A DNA stretch of 64,000 bases, taken from the NCBI GenBank assembly GCA_020633335.1, contig JACKDU010000002.1, positions 314,730 through 378,729 on the forward strand, written 5' to 3'. A program made the translations under genes and the position numbers. The notes under the pieces are model-generated. The model was given only the letters and a program-made list of their open reading frames with translations, was not told the DNA's origin and made no database searches. Shown piece after piece: positions 44,535 to 56,022 of the stretch (position 1 is the stretch's first letter; the number at the start of each line of letters is the position of its first letter). Origin of the DNA: Myxococcales bacterium. Its GTDB lineage: Bacteria > Myxococcota_A > Polyangia > Nannocystales > Nannocystaceae.

Positions 44535-45449
44535 TCATGCGCATTCAAAGATCGCGCGCGCGCGATCGAAGCGCCGCTCCCGGAGATCTCCCTCGTCGAT
44601 CGTGAAGAAGATCCGCCCGGCGTCCCCCCACATCATCCCGGTCCGCGGGAAGCCGCTGCCAACGGGTGGATCCGAGTCGATCTGCAGGAGGAGGCGCTCG
44701 CCCTGGCGGAGCCCCTGGCTCTCGATCAGCTCGGGGTGACCGAGGAGGTGGTGACGCGGCGCCGCGCGCCCCTGACCCTGGGCGGCGGCGACCTCGAGGG
44801 CCAGGCGATCCCAGGCGTCGACGTGCTCCTCGATCACCTCGGGATCGAGCCCGGCGGCGATCAGGCGGCGCGGCGTCGGCAGGGTCCACACGCGCACCGG
44901 CGCCACCGGGGCGCCGCGGTAGACCTCGTCGGCCGCGAGCTCGGAGGGGCGGATCGTGTAGCGGAGCGCGTCGCGGTCGACGTCGGCCCAGAGCACCTCC
45001 GCGAGCGCCCCCTGATCGGGGTAGAGATCGAAGACCTCCATCGCGTCGGTGTAGAAGAAGAAGAGGAAGCCCCGCTCCGGGAGGAGCCCCGGCGCGACCA
45101 GCGGGGCGACCTCGGCGAGATCGATCTGGGCGACGAAGGAGAGCGGATGGCCGACATGGCGGGCCCAGCGACGGGCGTTCGGCGAGCTCGGGAGCCCGCG
45201 AAAGGTCGGCCAGCGAACATCGTCCGGGAGGTCCGGGAGGCCGCCGATCCGCGAAGCGCCGCTCGGTCGGTCGCTCGCAGCGAGCTCCTCGTCCTCGTCG
45301 TCGGCGACGCTCGTCGGAGATGGCCGCGGGACCAGGCGGAGCGCGGGCTCGAGGAGCTCGATCATGCCGTCGACGAGCGCCCGCGGCAGGGTCGCGCCCG
45401 CGCGCAGGCATGCGTCGATGGCTCGCGCCTTGAGGTCGTCAGCGTCCAT
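44535..45449 (-). CDS. DUF1963 (YwqG-like) family protein
   Basis: C-terminal MMWGDAGRIFF-type motif and the overall YwqG-like pattern. Confidence 0.65.
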   Translation of the reverse strand: MDADDLKARAIDACLRAGATLPRALVDGMIELLEPALRLVPRPSPTSVADDEDEELAASDRPSGASRIGGLPDLPDDVRWPTFRGLPSSPNARRWARHVGHPLSFVAQIDLAEVAPLVAPGLLPERGFLFFFYTDAMEVFDLYPDQGALAEVLWADVDRDALRYTIRPSELAADEVYRGAPVAPVRVWTLPTPRRLIAAGLDPEVIEEHVDAWDRLALEVAAAQGQGRAAPRHHLLGHPELIESQGLRQGERLLLQIDSDPPVGSGFPRTGMMWGDAGRIFFTIDEGDLRERRFDRARAIFECA

Positions 45450-45744
45450 GATCGAGGGGAGCCCGCGCGCCGGGGCGCGGGGCCTTGCGCCAGCCGCAGC
45501 GAGGCGAGCGCGAGCGCCGGGGAAGATCTGTGCTCCGGTGGTCCAGCAAATCCAGGGGCCATGGTGTAGTCGCGCAGGCCATCGCGCGCAAGCGCGGCGA
45601 GCGACGCGCCCGGGCCGCTCGCCCCGCTCGCGCTTGGAGCCAGGCGCGCGCGGCCCTCAGGGGCCGGCGGCCCCCCACAATTGCGCAGCGTGCCGCCGGC
45701 GCGGTTGCCTCGCTCCTCGCCAGGCGTGAGACTATTTCCTCCGC

Positions 45745-47966
<2,222 letters not shown>

Positions 47967-48185
47967 CCTGAGGAGCATGAGCCTTCATGCATGTCCCATG
48001 CGACATGCACGAATGCTCACCTTGATGCGCCCGACGTGAGCCCGTGCGCGGCCCCGCGCCCGCGCCCGCGCACGTCGTAGGCGCGCGCGCACGAGCGTTT
48101 TACCGGGCTTTTACAGGCTCCAGAGGCCCTCCTGGGGGATGCTCCGTTCAAGCCCACCACGCACCTGCCCCCCCGGAGAAGAACA

Positions 48186-49355
48186 ATGCGCACCTCCCAC
48201 ATGATCTACATCGGCGCCGCCCTCACCTCGCTCATGTGCGGCACCCTGATCGCCAACGCGATCTGGCCGCTCCCCCAGCCGATGAGCGCCCCGCAGACCG
48301 CCGTCTCCGTCGCCGGCCCCCACAACCTCGCCCCCGCCCCCTCCGAGCGCCCGCGGATCGACGTCGTCTTCGTCCTCGACACCACCGGGTCGATGGGCGG
48401 CCTCATCGACGGCGCCAAGCAGACGATCTGGTCGATCGCCAACCGCCTCGCCTCGGGCGAGCCGCGGCCGGAGATCCGGGTCGGCCTGGTCGCCTACCGC
48501 GACCTCGGCGACGAGTACGTCACCCGCTCGTTCCCGCTCACCAGCGACCTCGACACGGTCCACGGCCAGCTCAGCGGCCTGGTCGCGGCCGGCGGCGGCG
48601 ACGGCCCCGAGCACGTCAACCAGGGGCTCAGCGACGCGATCCACGGGATGTCGTGGGATCGCGGCGATCGGGTCCTCCGCCTGATCTTCCTGGTCGGCGA
48701 CGCGCCGCCCCACGACGACTACGCCGACAACATCACCAGCGAGTCGATCGCCCGCGAGGCCAAGGCCGCCGGGATCACGATCAACACGATCCGCTGCGGC
48801 GAGTGGGCCGAGACCGCCACCGCCTGGCAGAAGATCGCCCAGCTCGCCGGCGGCAAGATGACGACGATCGCCCAGGACGGCGGCGTCCAGGCGCTCGCCA
48901 CCCCCTTCGACGACGAGCTCGCCGAGCTCAACCGCTCGCTCGCGGCGACCTCCCTCGGCTGGGGGAGCGCGACCGACAAGTCGCGGGCCTACCGCAAGGC
49001 GAAGGCCCGGGCCTCGCTGAGCGGCGAGTCGGCGGCCGCGGCCGCCTCCTACTCCGCGAAGGCCGGGCGCCTCCACGACGAGGACCTCGTCACCGCCCTC
49101 GAGGAGGGTCGGATCGCCCTCGATCGCGTCGACAACGCGGCCCTCCCCGAGGTCATGCAGGCGATGACCCTCGACCAGCAGAACGCCTACGTCGACGACC
49201 TCAAGAACCAGCGGGCGCTCCTCAACGAGCGGATCCTCGAGACCTCGCGGCGCCGCGACGCCTACTTCGAGGACAACAAGGCCGCGGGCGGCTTCGACGG
49301 CGAGGTCGTCGACATGCTCCGGCAGCAGGCCGACGAGATCGGCGTCGCCTACTAG
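48186..49355 (+). CDS. von Willebrand factor type A (vWA) domain protein with an N-terminal TM or signal segment
   Basis: MIDAS motif DxTxS in VVFVLDTTGSMGG, plus downstream T and D residues (LVGDAPPHDD). Confidence 0.8.
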   Translation: MRTSHMIYIGAALTSLMCGTLIANAIWPLPQPMSAPQTAVSVAGPHNLAPAPSERPRIDVVFVLDTTGSMGGLIDGAKQTIWSIANRLASGEPRPEIRVGLVAYRDLGDEYVTRSFPLTSDLDTVHGQLSGLVAAGGGDGPEHVNQGLSDAIHGMSWDRGDRVLRLIFLVGDAPPHDDYADNITSESIAREAKAAGITINTIRCGEWAETATAWQKIAQLAGGKMTTIAQDGGVQALATPFDDELAELNRSLAATSLGWGSATDKSRAYRKAKARASLSGESAAAAASYSAKAGRLHDEDLVTALEEGRIALDRVDNAALPEVMQAMTLDQQNAYVDDLKNQRALLNERILETSRRRDAYFEDNKAAGGFDGEVVDMLRQQADEIGVAY

Positions 49356-49566
49356 CGGCAGCCGATCGGGGGTCGCCGAGAGACCACGCGAACGTGGCTC
49401 GCCGCCCCTCCCCGGGGGCCCGGGGCCGCGCCGAGGCGCCGGCCTCGGGCCCGCAACGTCGTTCCCCAGGCGTCACGCGGGCGCCGGGGCCCGCGGCGCG
49501 GGCGGAATCGCCAACCACGCCGAACGACGCGCGTTCGCGCGCCTCCGCCGGCCCGCCGCCCGCTCG

Positions 49567-52500
49567 ATGCACCTGCAAGCTTCGTCCGCGCGCGCTGCCG
49601 ACCTCCCCGTCGATCCCTCGTGCGCCTCGATCGGCTATCGTCAGCCGGTGGTGAACAACGACTCAGGCAGAGGCGAGGCGGGCGCGCCGGGGCTCGGCGC
49701 CGTCGTAGCGAGGAAGTACACGCTCATCGAGGATCTCGGCCCGAGCGACTCGGGCCACGACTACGTCGCCGAGCAGACGACCCTCCGCAAGCGGGTGATC
49801 GCCACGATCCTCGACCCCGAGCTGGCGACCAACGAGGTCTACGCCGCCCGGATCCTCCGCGAGGCCCGGGTCTTGTCGCTGGTCCGCCACGACAACGTCG
49901 CCCGCCTCATCGACTACGGCCAGACCCCGGATCGCGGGATCTACCTGATCCGCGAGCTCCTCGAGGGCTCCGACCTCGGCAGCCACCAGGCCGGGACCAA
50001 GCGCTTCCCGTGGCCGCGGGCGAAGGCGCTGATCCTCCAGGTGATCGCCGGCCTCCGGGCGGCCGCCGGCAAGGACATCATCCACGGCGGGATCCGCCCG
50101 AGCGTCGTCTACATCACCCCGGGCCCCGGCGGCGCCGAGCGGGTCAAGCTCATCGGCTTCGGCCTCATGCCGGCCTCGCGGATCGATCTCTTCAGCGGCG
50201 AGGAGCTGATCGAGGTCGCCGAGTTCGCGGCCCCCGAGCAGGGCGAGGGCAAGGCGGCCGACGGCCGCGCCGACATCTACTCGGTCGGCGTCCTCCTCTA
50301 CAACCTCCTCACCGGCTCCGTCCCCTTCACCGGCAAGGAGCCCCACCAGATCCTCACCCAGCACAACATCGCCCCGCCGCCGCCGCCGCGGAACATCGCC
50401 CCCGACGCCAACATCCCGCCCGCGGTCGAGGCGCTGGTCCTCCGCTGCCTGGCCAAGAAGCCAGACGACCGCCTCCCCGATCTCCTCACCCTCGAGCGCG
50501 AGGTCCGCGAGATCGACGACGAGGGGCGCTCGAAGAAGAAGGGGCCGCCGCCGCGGGTGAGCACCGCCGGTGGCCTCGCGCCGGCGAGCCCGCTCGGCGA
50601 TCAGCCGACCCGCGACTCCGCGCTCTTCGTGTCGATCGAGGCGCTCCAGGGGATGCTCGCGTCAGCCTCCGATCCCGACGCCCAGCTCGGGATCCTCGAC
50701 CGGATGGAGAAGGCGCTGGCGGGCCTCGCGGGCGCCGATCCCGACTCCGACGAGGCGGTCCGCTGGCGCGAGTGGATCCGCCGGGCGCGCGACTACGCCT
50801 ACTTCCAGCTCGGCCAGCGCCACCTCGCCGCCGAGCGCTGGCGCGACCTCGAGGGGGTCTACCGCCGCCGCCTCGAGCTCGCCCCGAGCGAGGAGGACCT
50901 CCTCGCGCTCAAGGGCGCGCTCGCCGGCCTCTACCTCAACAACCTCCTGAGCTACGAGAAGGCGATCACCCTCTTCCGCGAGCTCGTCGAGGCCCAGCCG
51001 GACTCGATGGAGAGCCACCTCGGCCTCGCCCGGGCGCTCGAGCGCCACGGCGACGTCGAGGAGGCGATCCCCCACTACGAGCGCTTCATCGAGCTCTGCC
51101 CCGACGCGACCCGCGGCGCCGAGGAGCTCGCCCACCTCGGCGACCTCCTCCACAACAAGATGAGCGACACCGACGCGGCGATCACCCGCCTCTTCCAGGC
51201 GACGGAGCTCGTCCCCGGCCACCTCCCCGCGCTCAAGCTCCTCGCCGAGCTCTTCCGCGCCCGCCACGAGTGGCTCGAGCTCGCCGAGGTCCTCGAGACG
51301 ATCGTCGAGCACACCCCGAGCAACTACGAGAAGATCGAGCGGGCGACCGAGGCGGGCTTTTTGTGGATCGACAAGCTCCAGGTCAAGGACCGGGCGATCC
51401 CGATGTTCGCCAAGGTCGTCGAGCTCGATCCCGAGAACACCAAGGTCGGGACGATCCTCGGCAAGATCTACTACGAGAACAAGAACTACGTCGCGGCCGC
51501 GCCGATCTTCGACGCGCTCGTCCGCAAGATCGACAACCTCGGCCTCCGCCCGACCAGCCAGGTCGGCGTCCTCGTCCGCGCCGCCCAGGTCGCGCGCGCG
51601 GTCGGCTCGCTCAACAAGGCGAGCAAGCTCTACAAGCGGGCGCTCGAGCTCGACCCCGAGAGCAGCCACGCGCTCCTCGGCCAGGCCGAGCTGGCGATGA
51701 CGCGCGGCGCCTGGGACGAGGCCCGGGTCGCCTACGAGAAGCTCCTCCCCCGCCGCAAGGACGACGACAAGTCGGCGATCCACGTCAAGCTCGCCGAGAT
51801 CGCGATCGCCCAGGAGCGCCCCGACATCGCGATCAACGAGTTCAAGGCGGCGATCGCCGACGGGCCGAAGAACCTCCACGCCCACGACGGCCTCATCGCC
51901 GTCTACCGCGAGCGCAAGGACTGGCGCTCGCTCCTCAAGGCGCTCCAGGGCAAGCTCCCGCAGCTCAAGGGCGACGCCAAGGCCGACGCCTTCGTCGAGA
52001 TCGGCGGCCTCTTCCGCGACCGCCTCGGCGAGCCCGATCGGGCGATCGCCGCGTTCCAGCGGGCCCACGAGCTCCGCCCCAAGGACCAGACCCTCCTCCA
52101 CACGCTCCTCGAGCTCCAGACCGCCGCCAAGCGCTGGACCGACGTGATGCCGATCCTCGACGAGCTGATCGCGATCGAGGCCGATCCGAAGCGGCGCGCG
52201 AAGTACCTCTACACCTCGGCGGCGCTCCAGCGCGACGAGGTCGGCGACGAGGCGGCGGCGATCGAGCGCTTCGACCTCGTCCTCCGCGACGACCCCTCCT
52301 TCCTCAAGGCCTTCCAGGCGATCGACACCCTGATCACCAAGCGCAAGGACTGGCGGGCGCTCGAGCGGGCCTACCGCAAGATGATCAACCGCCTGCCGGC
52401 CGACGACACCTCGCCGCTCAAGCAGCTCCTCTGGCACAACCTCGCCGAGATCTACCGCTCACGCCTCGGCGACTTCCGCTCGGCCGCCAAGGCGCTCGAG

Positions 52501-53616
52501 GTCGCGATCAGCCTCGACCCGAGCAACTTCCAGCGTCAGCTCATGCTCTCCGAGCTCTACGCGATGCTGATGAAGGAGGATCCGGCGAACTTCACGGAGT
52601 CGCTGATCCGCAGCCACAACACGCTCATCCGCCTCGATCCGTCCTACTACAAGAGCTACCACCAGATCTATAACATCTACCGGATGCAGAGCGCGCTCGA
52701 CAAGGCATACTGCGTCGCCCGCACGCTGATCTTCCTCAAGCAAGCGACCGACGAGGAGACCCGCTTCTATCAGAGCGGGCCGCCGGCGGTCTTCCGCCAG
52801 GCCCGCGGCCGCCTCAGCGACGACGTGCTCCGCCGCTACATCCTCCCCGGCGATCAGGATCCGACGGTGACGACGCTCCTCGGCCTGGTCGCGCCGGCGC
52901 TCGCCTCCTGGCGGGCCAAGCCGCCGCCGCCCTCGCTCCGCGGGAGCGAGCCGATCGACACCGCCGAGAGCCCGTCGATCGCCGCCCAGGCCCACGCCTA
53001 CGTCTGCCGGGTCCTCGGCGCGACCCAGCCGGCGCTCTACTTCCAGCCGAGCGAGCCCGGCGACCTCAGCCTCCACATCGTCCGCCGCCGCGGCGGTGAG
53101 ATCGAGCAGCTTGCGATCGCCCACGGCGCGCTCCTCCGCGAGCGCGAGGACGGCGAGGTCGTCTTCGAGGTCGCCCGCGTCCTCGCCAACCTCTACCCGC
53201 CGCACCAGGCCTTCCTCCTCCTCGAGCTCTCCCCCCAGAACCTGAAGCAGCTCCTGGTCGCCTGCTCGGTGCTCGCCGAGCGCGGCGCCAACGAGGGCGG
53301 CCAGGGGGTCGCGGCGATCACCGGCGAGCTCGCCAGCCGCCTGACGCCGGCGGCGCTGGAGCAGGTCAAGGGGCTCGCCCGGCAGCTCAGCCAGACCGAC
53401 GTCAAGGTCTGGGCGCGCGCGGCCGCGATCGCCAACTACCGCCTCGGGCTCCTCCTCTGCAACGACCTCGACGCCGCCGCCCACGCGATCGCGGCCGAGC
53501 AGCGCTCGAGCGGCCAGAACATCAACGGCAAGGACGCGCTCAAGGAGCTGATCGTCTACAGCGTCAGCGAGGCCTACTTCGAGGCGCGGCGCAGCATCGG
53601 CCTCGCGGTCGGCTAG
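49567..53616 (+). CDS. Pseudokinase (Ser/Thr kinase fold lacking catalytic residues) fused to about 1000 aa of TPR repeats
   Basis: Kinase-like region with degenerate motifs: no beta3 Lys (RVIATIL), HRD replaced by HGG (IIHGGIRPSVV) and DFG replaced by GFG (KLIGFGL). APE (AAPEQ) and subdomain IX (DIYSVGVLLYNLLTG) are retained. Confidence 0.75.
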   Translation: MHLQASSARAADLPVDPSCASIGYRQPVVNNDSGRGEAGAPGLGAVVARKYTLIEDLGPSDSGHDYVAEQTTLRKRVIATILDPELATNEVYAARILREARVLSLVRHDNVARLIDYGQTPDRGIYLIRELLEGSDLGSHQAGTKRFPWPRAKALILQVIAGLRAAAGKDIIHGGIRPSVVYITPGPGGAERVKLIGFGLMPASRIDLFSGEELIEVAEFAAPEQGEGKAADGRADIYSVGVLLYNLLTGSVPFTGKEPHQILTQHNIAPPPPPRNIAPDANIPPAVEALVLRCLAKKPDDRLPDLLTLEREVREIDDEGRSKKKGPPPRVSTAGGLAPASPLGDQPTRDSALFVSIEALQGMLASASDPDAQLGILDRMEKALAGLAGADPDSDEAVRWREWIRRARDYAYFQLGQRHLAAERWRDLEGVYRRRLELAPSEEDLLALKGALAGLYLNNLLSYEKAITLFRELVEAQPDSMESHLGLARALERHGDVEEAIPHYERFIELCPDATRGAEELAHLGDLLHNKMSDTDAAITRLFQATELVPGHLPALKLLAELFRARHEWLELAEVLETIVEHTPSNYEKIERATEAGFLWIDKLQVKDRAIPMFAKVVELDPENTKVGTILGKIYYENKNYVAAAPIFDALVRKIDNLGLRPTSQVGVLVRAAQVARAVGSLNKASKLYKRALELDPESSHALLGQAELAMTRGAWDEARVAYEKLLPRRKDDDKSAIHVKLAEIAIAQERPDIAINEFKAAIADGPKNLHAHDGLIAVYRERKDWRSLLKALQGKLPQLKGDAKADAFVEIGGLFRDRLGEPDRAIAAFQRAHELRPKDQTLLHTLLELQTAAKRWTDVMPILDELIAIEADPKRRAKYLYTSAALQRDEVGDEAAAIERFDLVLRDDPSFLKAFQAIDTLITKRKDWRALERAYRKMINRLPADDTSPLKQLLWHNLAEIYRSRLGDFRSAAKALEVAISLDPSNFQRQLMLSELYAMLMKEDPANFTESLIRSHNTLIRLDPSYYKSYHQIYNIYRMQSALDKAYCVARTLIFLKQATDEETRFYQSGPPAVFRQARGRLSDDVLRRYILPGDQDPTVTTLLGLVAPALASWRAKPPPPSLRGSEPIDTAESPSIAAQAHAYVCRVLGATQPALYFQPSEPGDLSLHIVRRRGGEIEQLAIAHGALLREREDGEVVFEVARVLANLYPPHQAFLLLELSPQNLKQLLVACSVLAERGANEGGQGVAAITGELASRLTPAALEQVKGLARQLSQTDVKVWARAAAIANYRLGLLLCNDLDAAAHAIAAEQRSSGQNINGKDALKELIVYSVSEAYFEARRSIGLAVG

Positions 53617-53732
53617 GCGAGCGCGGCCTCCACGGGCCCGGCGGCCGCGGCCGCCCGCCTGACGACGCCCGCGAACGGCACGCAGGGGCCGCGGCGCGCG
53701 TGCGCACCACCTGGCCCTCGGGTCATCGACGA

Positions 53733-54098
53733 TCAGTCGATGATCAGCTCGACCTGCGGCCAGATCTTCTTGAGCGTCGAGAGCGTCCGCCCCTGCCAGG
53801 GCTTGGCGGCCGCCCCGAGGATCGTGATCGTCATCCGCCCGGCCTTGCGCACCTCGATCAGGAAGGCGCCGATCGTCCCGATCCCCGACGAGTTGAGCAT
53901 CTCGAGGTTACGGAAGTCGAGCGTGAGGGTCCCAAGGCCGCTCTGGTGGGCGGCCCGCAGGAGCTCGAGGATCGCCCCGTAGTCGCGGGGCGAGCGGAGG
54001 CGGAGGTGGCCCTCGAAGCGGACCCGACGCTCGGTCGACTCGAAGGCGACGCTGTATTCCTTGTCTTCGACGATCATGGGCTCTCCCTCAACGGCCAA
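53733..54098 (-). CDS. STAS-domain anti-sigma-factor antagonist-like protein
   Basis: SpoIIAA-like LTLDFRNLEMLNSSGIGTIGAFLIEVRKAG with a conserved Ser. Confidence 0.75.
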   Translation of the reverse strand: MAVEGEPMIVEDKEYSVAFESTERRVRFEGHLRLRSPRDYGAILELLRAAHQSGLGTLTLDFRNLEMLNSSGIGTIGAFLIEVRKAGRMTITILGAAAKPWQGRTLSTLKKIWPQVELIID

Positions 54099-54149
54099 GG
54101 GCCGCGGATCAAGATCGGGTGGAGGTGGCGGCGCAGGGTCAGCTCCGGT

Positions 54150-55883
54150 CTAGCGGCGGGTCGGCGGGAGGAGCGAGGCGACCCGCTGGGGGCCGGTGCG
54201 CATCACCTGCGGCGTCGTCCGCAGGACGAGGATAAACGAGAGGTCGTCGGCCGCGACCGCGCGCCCCTGGAAGTCGGCGAGCGCCCGCCGGAGCTCGCCG
54301 GCGAGGCGGGTCGCCGAGGCGTCGCGGGTGTGGCGGCCGACCTCGCCGACCAGCGAGCTCAGCCCCTCGACCCCGAGCATCCGATCCTGCTCGTTGAGGA
54401 GCTCGGAGAGGCCGTCGGTGAAGAGGCAGAGGACGTTGTCGCGGGGGAGCTGATCGCGGGTGACGACGATCTCCTCGTTGACGTCGAGGAAGCCGAGCGG
54501 CGCGTGATCGTGGGTCTCGATCTCGCGGGCGTAGCCGTTGGCGCCGGCGACCAGCGGCGACGGGTGGCCGCAGTTGACGTGCTCGATCGCCCCGGTCTCG
54601 GGGTCGATCACCAGCGCGCACATCGTCACGAAGGACGCCGCCGGCAGGGTCTCGCAGAGGTAGCGGTTGAGCGAGCGGACCAGGGCCGCGAGGCCGAGGC
54701 CCTCGTGACCGAGGACGTGGACCGTCGTGTGGAGGCCGGCGGCGATCAGCGCGGCCTCGAGGCCCTTGCCGCACACGTCCATCACCGTCAGGAGCACGCG
54801 GCCGTCGCGGAGCGGGAGCGCGTCGACGTAGTCGCCGCCGACCCACTTGCACGCCTCGAAGCCGAAGCCGATGTCGAGCTGACCGAGGTGGAAGTCGGCC
54901 GGCACCAGGCGGGTCTGGATGTCGTGCGCCCGCTCGAGCTCCTCCTCGAGGATCGCCTGCTCCTGGGCGGCCTTGCGGGCGACCCAGGCGGCCTCGGCCT
55001 GGCGGTAGAGCTCGGCCGCCAGCGACACCAGCGCGAGCCACTCGGCGGTCGCGTAGTTGCTCGGGAAGGTGACGTAGAGGACGTTGAGCGCGTCGTCGCC
55101 GCCGCCGAGCGGCACCGCGACCGCCGACATCGACTGGACGACCACCGAGAGCTTGAGGAGATCGGTGTTGCCGCCGCCCGAGGCCGCGGTCGAGGCGATC
55201 ACCGGCGTGCCCGAGGCGAGGACGGCGCGGACCACCGTCCGCGAGATATGGGGGACGTCGCGGCCGCCGGTGAGCGACGGCGGCCCGAGGAGCTCGGGAT
55301 CGCCGTCGCCGCTGCGGGCGACCCGGAGGGCCATCGCCGCGGTCCCGCGGAGGTCGCGGCCGATCATCAGCTCGCAGAGCGCGTGGAGGCGAGCGGCGTC
55401 GTCCTCGGTCGCCAGGAGCTCGGCCGAGAGGGAGACCAGGCGGGAGAGCTGCGAGGCGTCGATCTTCGGCGCGCCGAGGTCGCGGAGCGAGCGGACCGCC
55501 CCGACCGGGCTGTCGACCATCGTCAGCCGGGTCAGGGAGCCCTCGGCGGTGATCGGCTTGCGCGGCTGCAGGCCGCGCCCCTCGGCGGGCGCCCGGACAT
55601 AGGTCAGGACGTAGTCCTCGACCTGGATCGCGTCGCCGTAGGCGAGGCGGTGGGCGGTGATCTGCTTGCCATTAACCGCCGTTCCGTTGCGGCTGCCGAG
55701 GTCGCGGACCCACCAGCGCCCGGCCTCGTCGCGGAGGATCTCGAGGTGCTGGCGCGAGACCGTGTCGCTCTCGAGCACGACCTCGACGTCGGGGGAGCGG
55801 CCGGCGACCATCCGGTTGCCGACCATCGGGGCCACGCGGAGGAGGGTGTCCCCCCGGCGGATCTGGAGGTAGCCGTCACTCAC
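54150..55883 (-). CDS. FHA-GAF-PP2C (SpoIIE/RsbU-like) serine phosphatase
   Basis: N-terminal FHA (GRSPDVEVVLESDTVSRQHLEI...SRNGTAVNG), central GAF-like region, and C-terminal PP2C motifs GGDYVD, DVCGKG and FTDGLSE. It sits immediately upstream of the STAS gene on the same strand. Confidence 0.8.
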   Translation of the reverse strand: MSDGYLQIRRGDTLLRVAPMVGNRMVAGRSPDVEVVLESDTVSRQHLEILRDEAGRWWVRDLGSRNGTAVNGKQITAHRLAYGDAIQVEDYVLTYVRAPAEGRGLQPRKPITAEGSLTRLTMVDSPVGAVRSLRDLGAPKIDASQLSRLVSLSAELLATEDDAARLHALCELMIGRDLRGTAAMALRVARSGDGDPELLGPPSLTGGRDVPHISRTVVRAVLASGTPVIASTAASGGGNTDLLKLSVVVQSMSAVAVPLGGGDDALNVLYVTFPSNYATAEWLALVSLAAELYRQAEAAWVARKAAQEQAILEEELERAHDIQTRLVPADFHLGQLDIGFGFEACKWVGGDYVDALPLRDGRVLLTVMDVCGKGLEAALIAAGLHTTVHVLGHEGLGLAALVRSLNRYLCETLPAASFVTMCALVIDPETGAIEHVNCGHPSPLVAGANGYAREIETHDHAPLGFLDVNEEIVVTRDQLPRDNVLCLFTDGLSELLNEQDRMLGVEGLSSLVGEVGRHTRDASATRLAGELRRALADFQGRAVAADDLSFILVLRTTPQVMRTGPQRVASLLPPTRR

Positions 55884-56022
55884 GCGCTGGATCTCCCCGC
55901 TGCACAGCCCGGCGAGGATAACACCTCCAGGGGGCCGCGGAGCCCCCCCGCGCGGTCGAAAGCGCCCGATCAGCCCCGCCGAATGGGGACCCGCACAGGC
56001 GCTGAGGGGCGCGCGGCCGACA

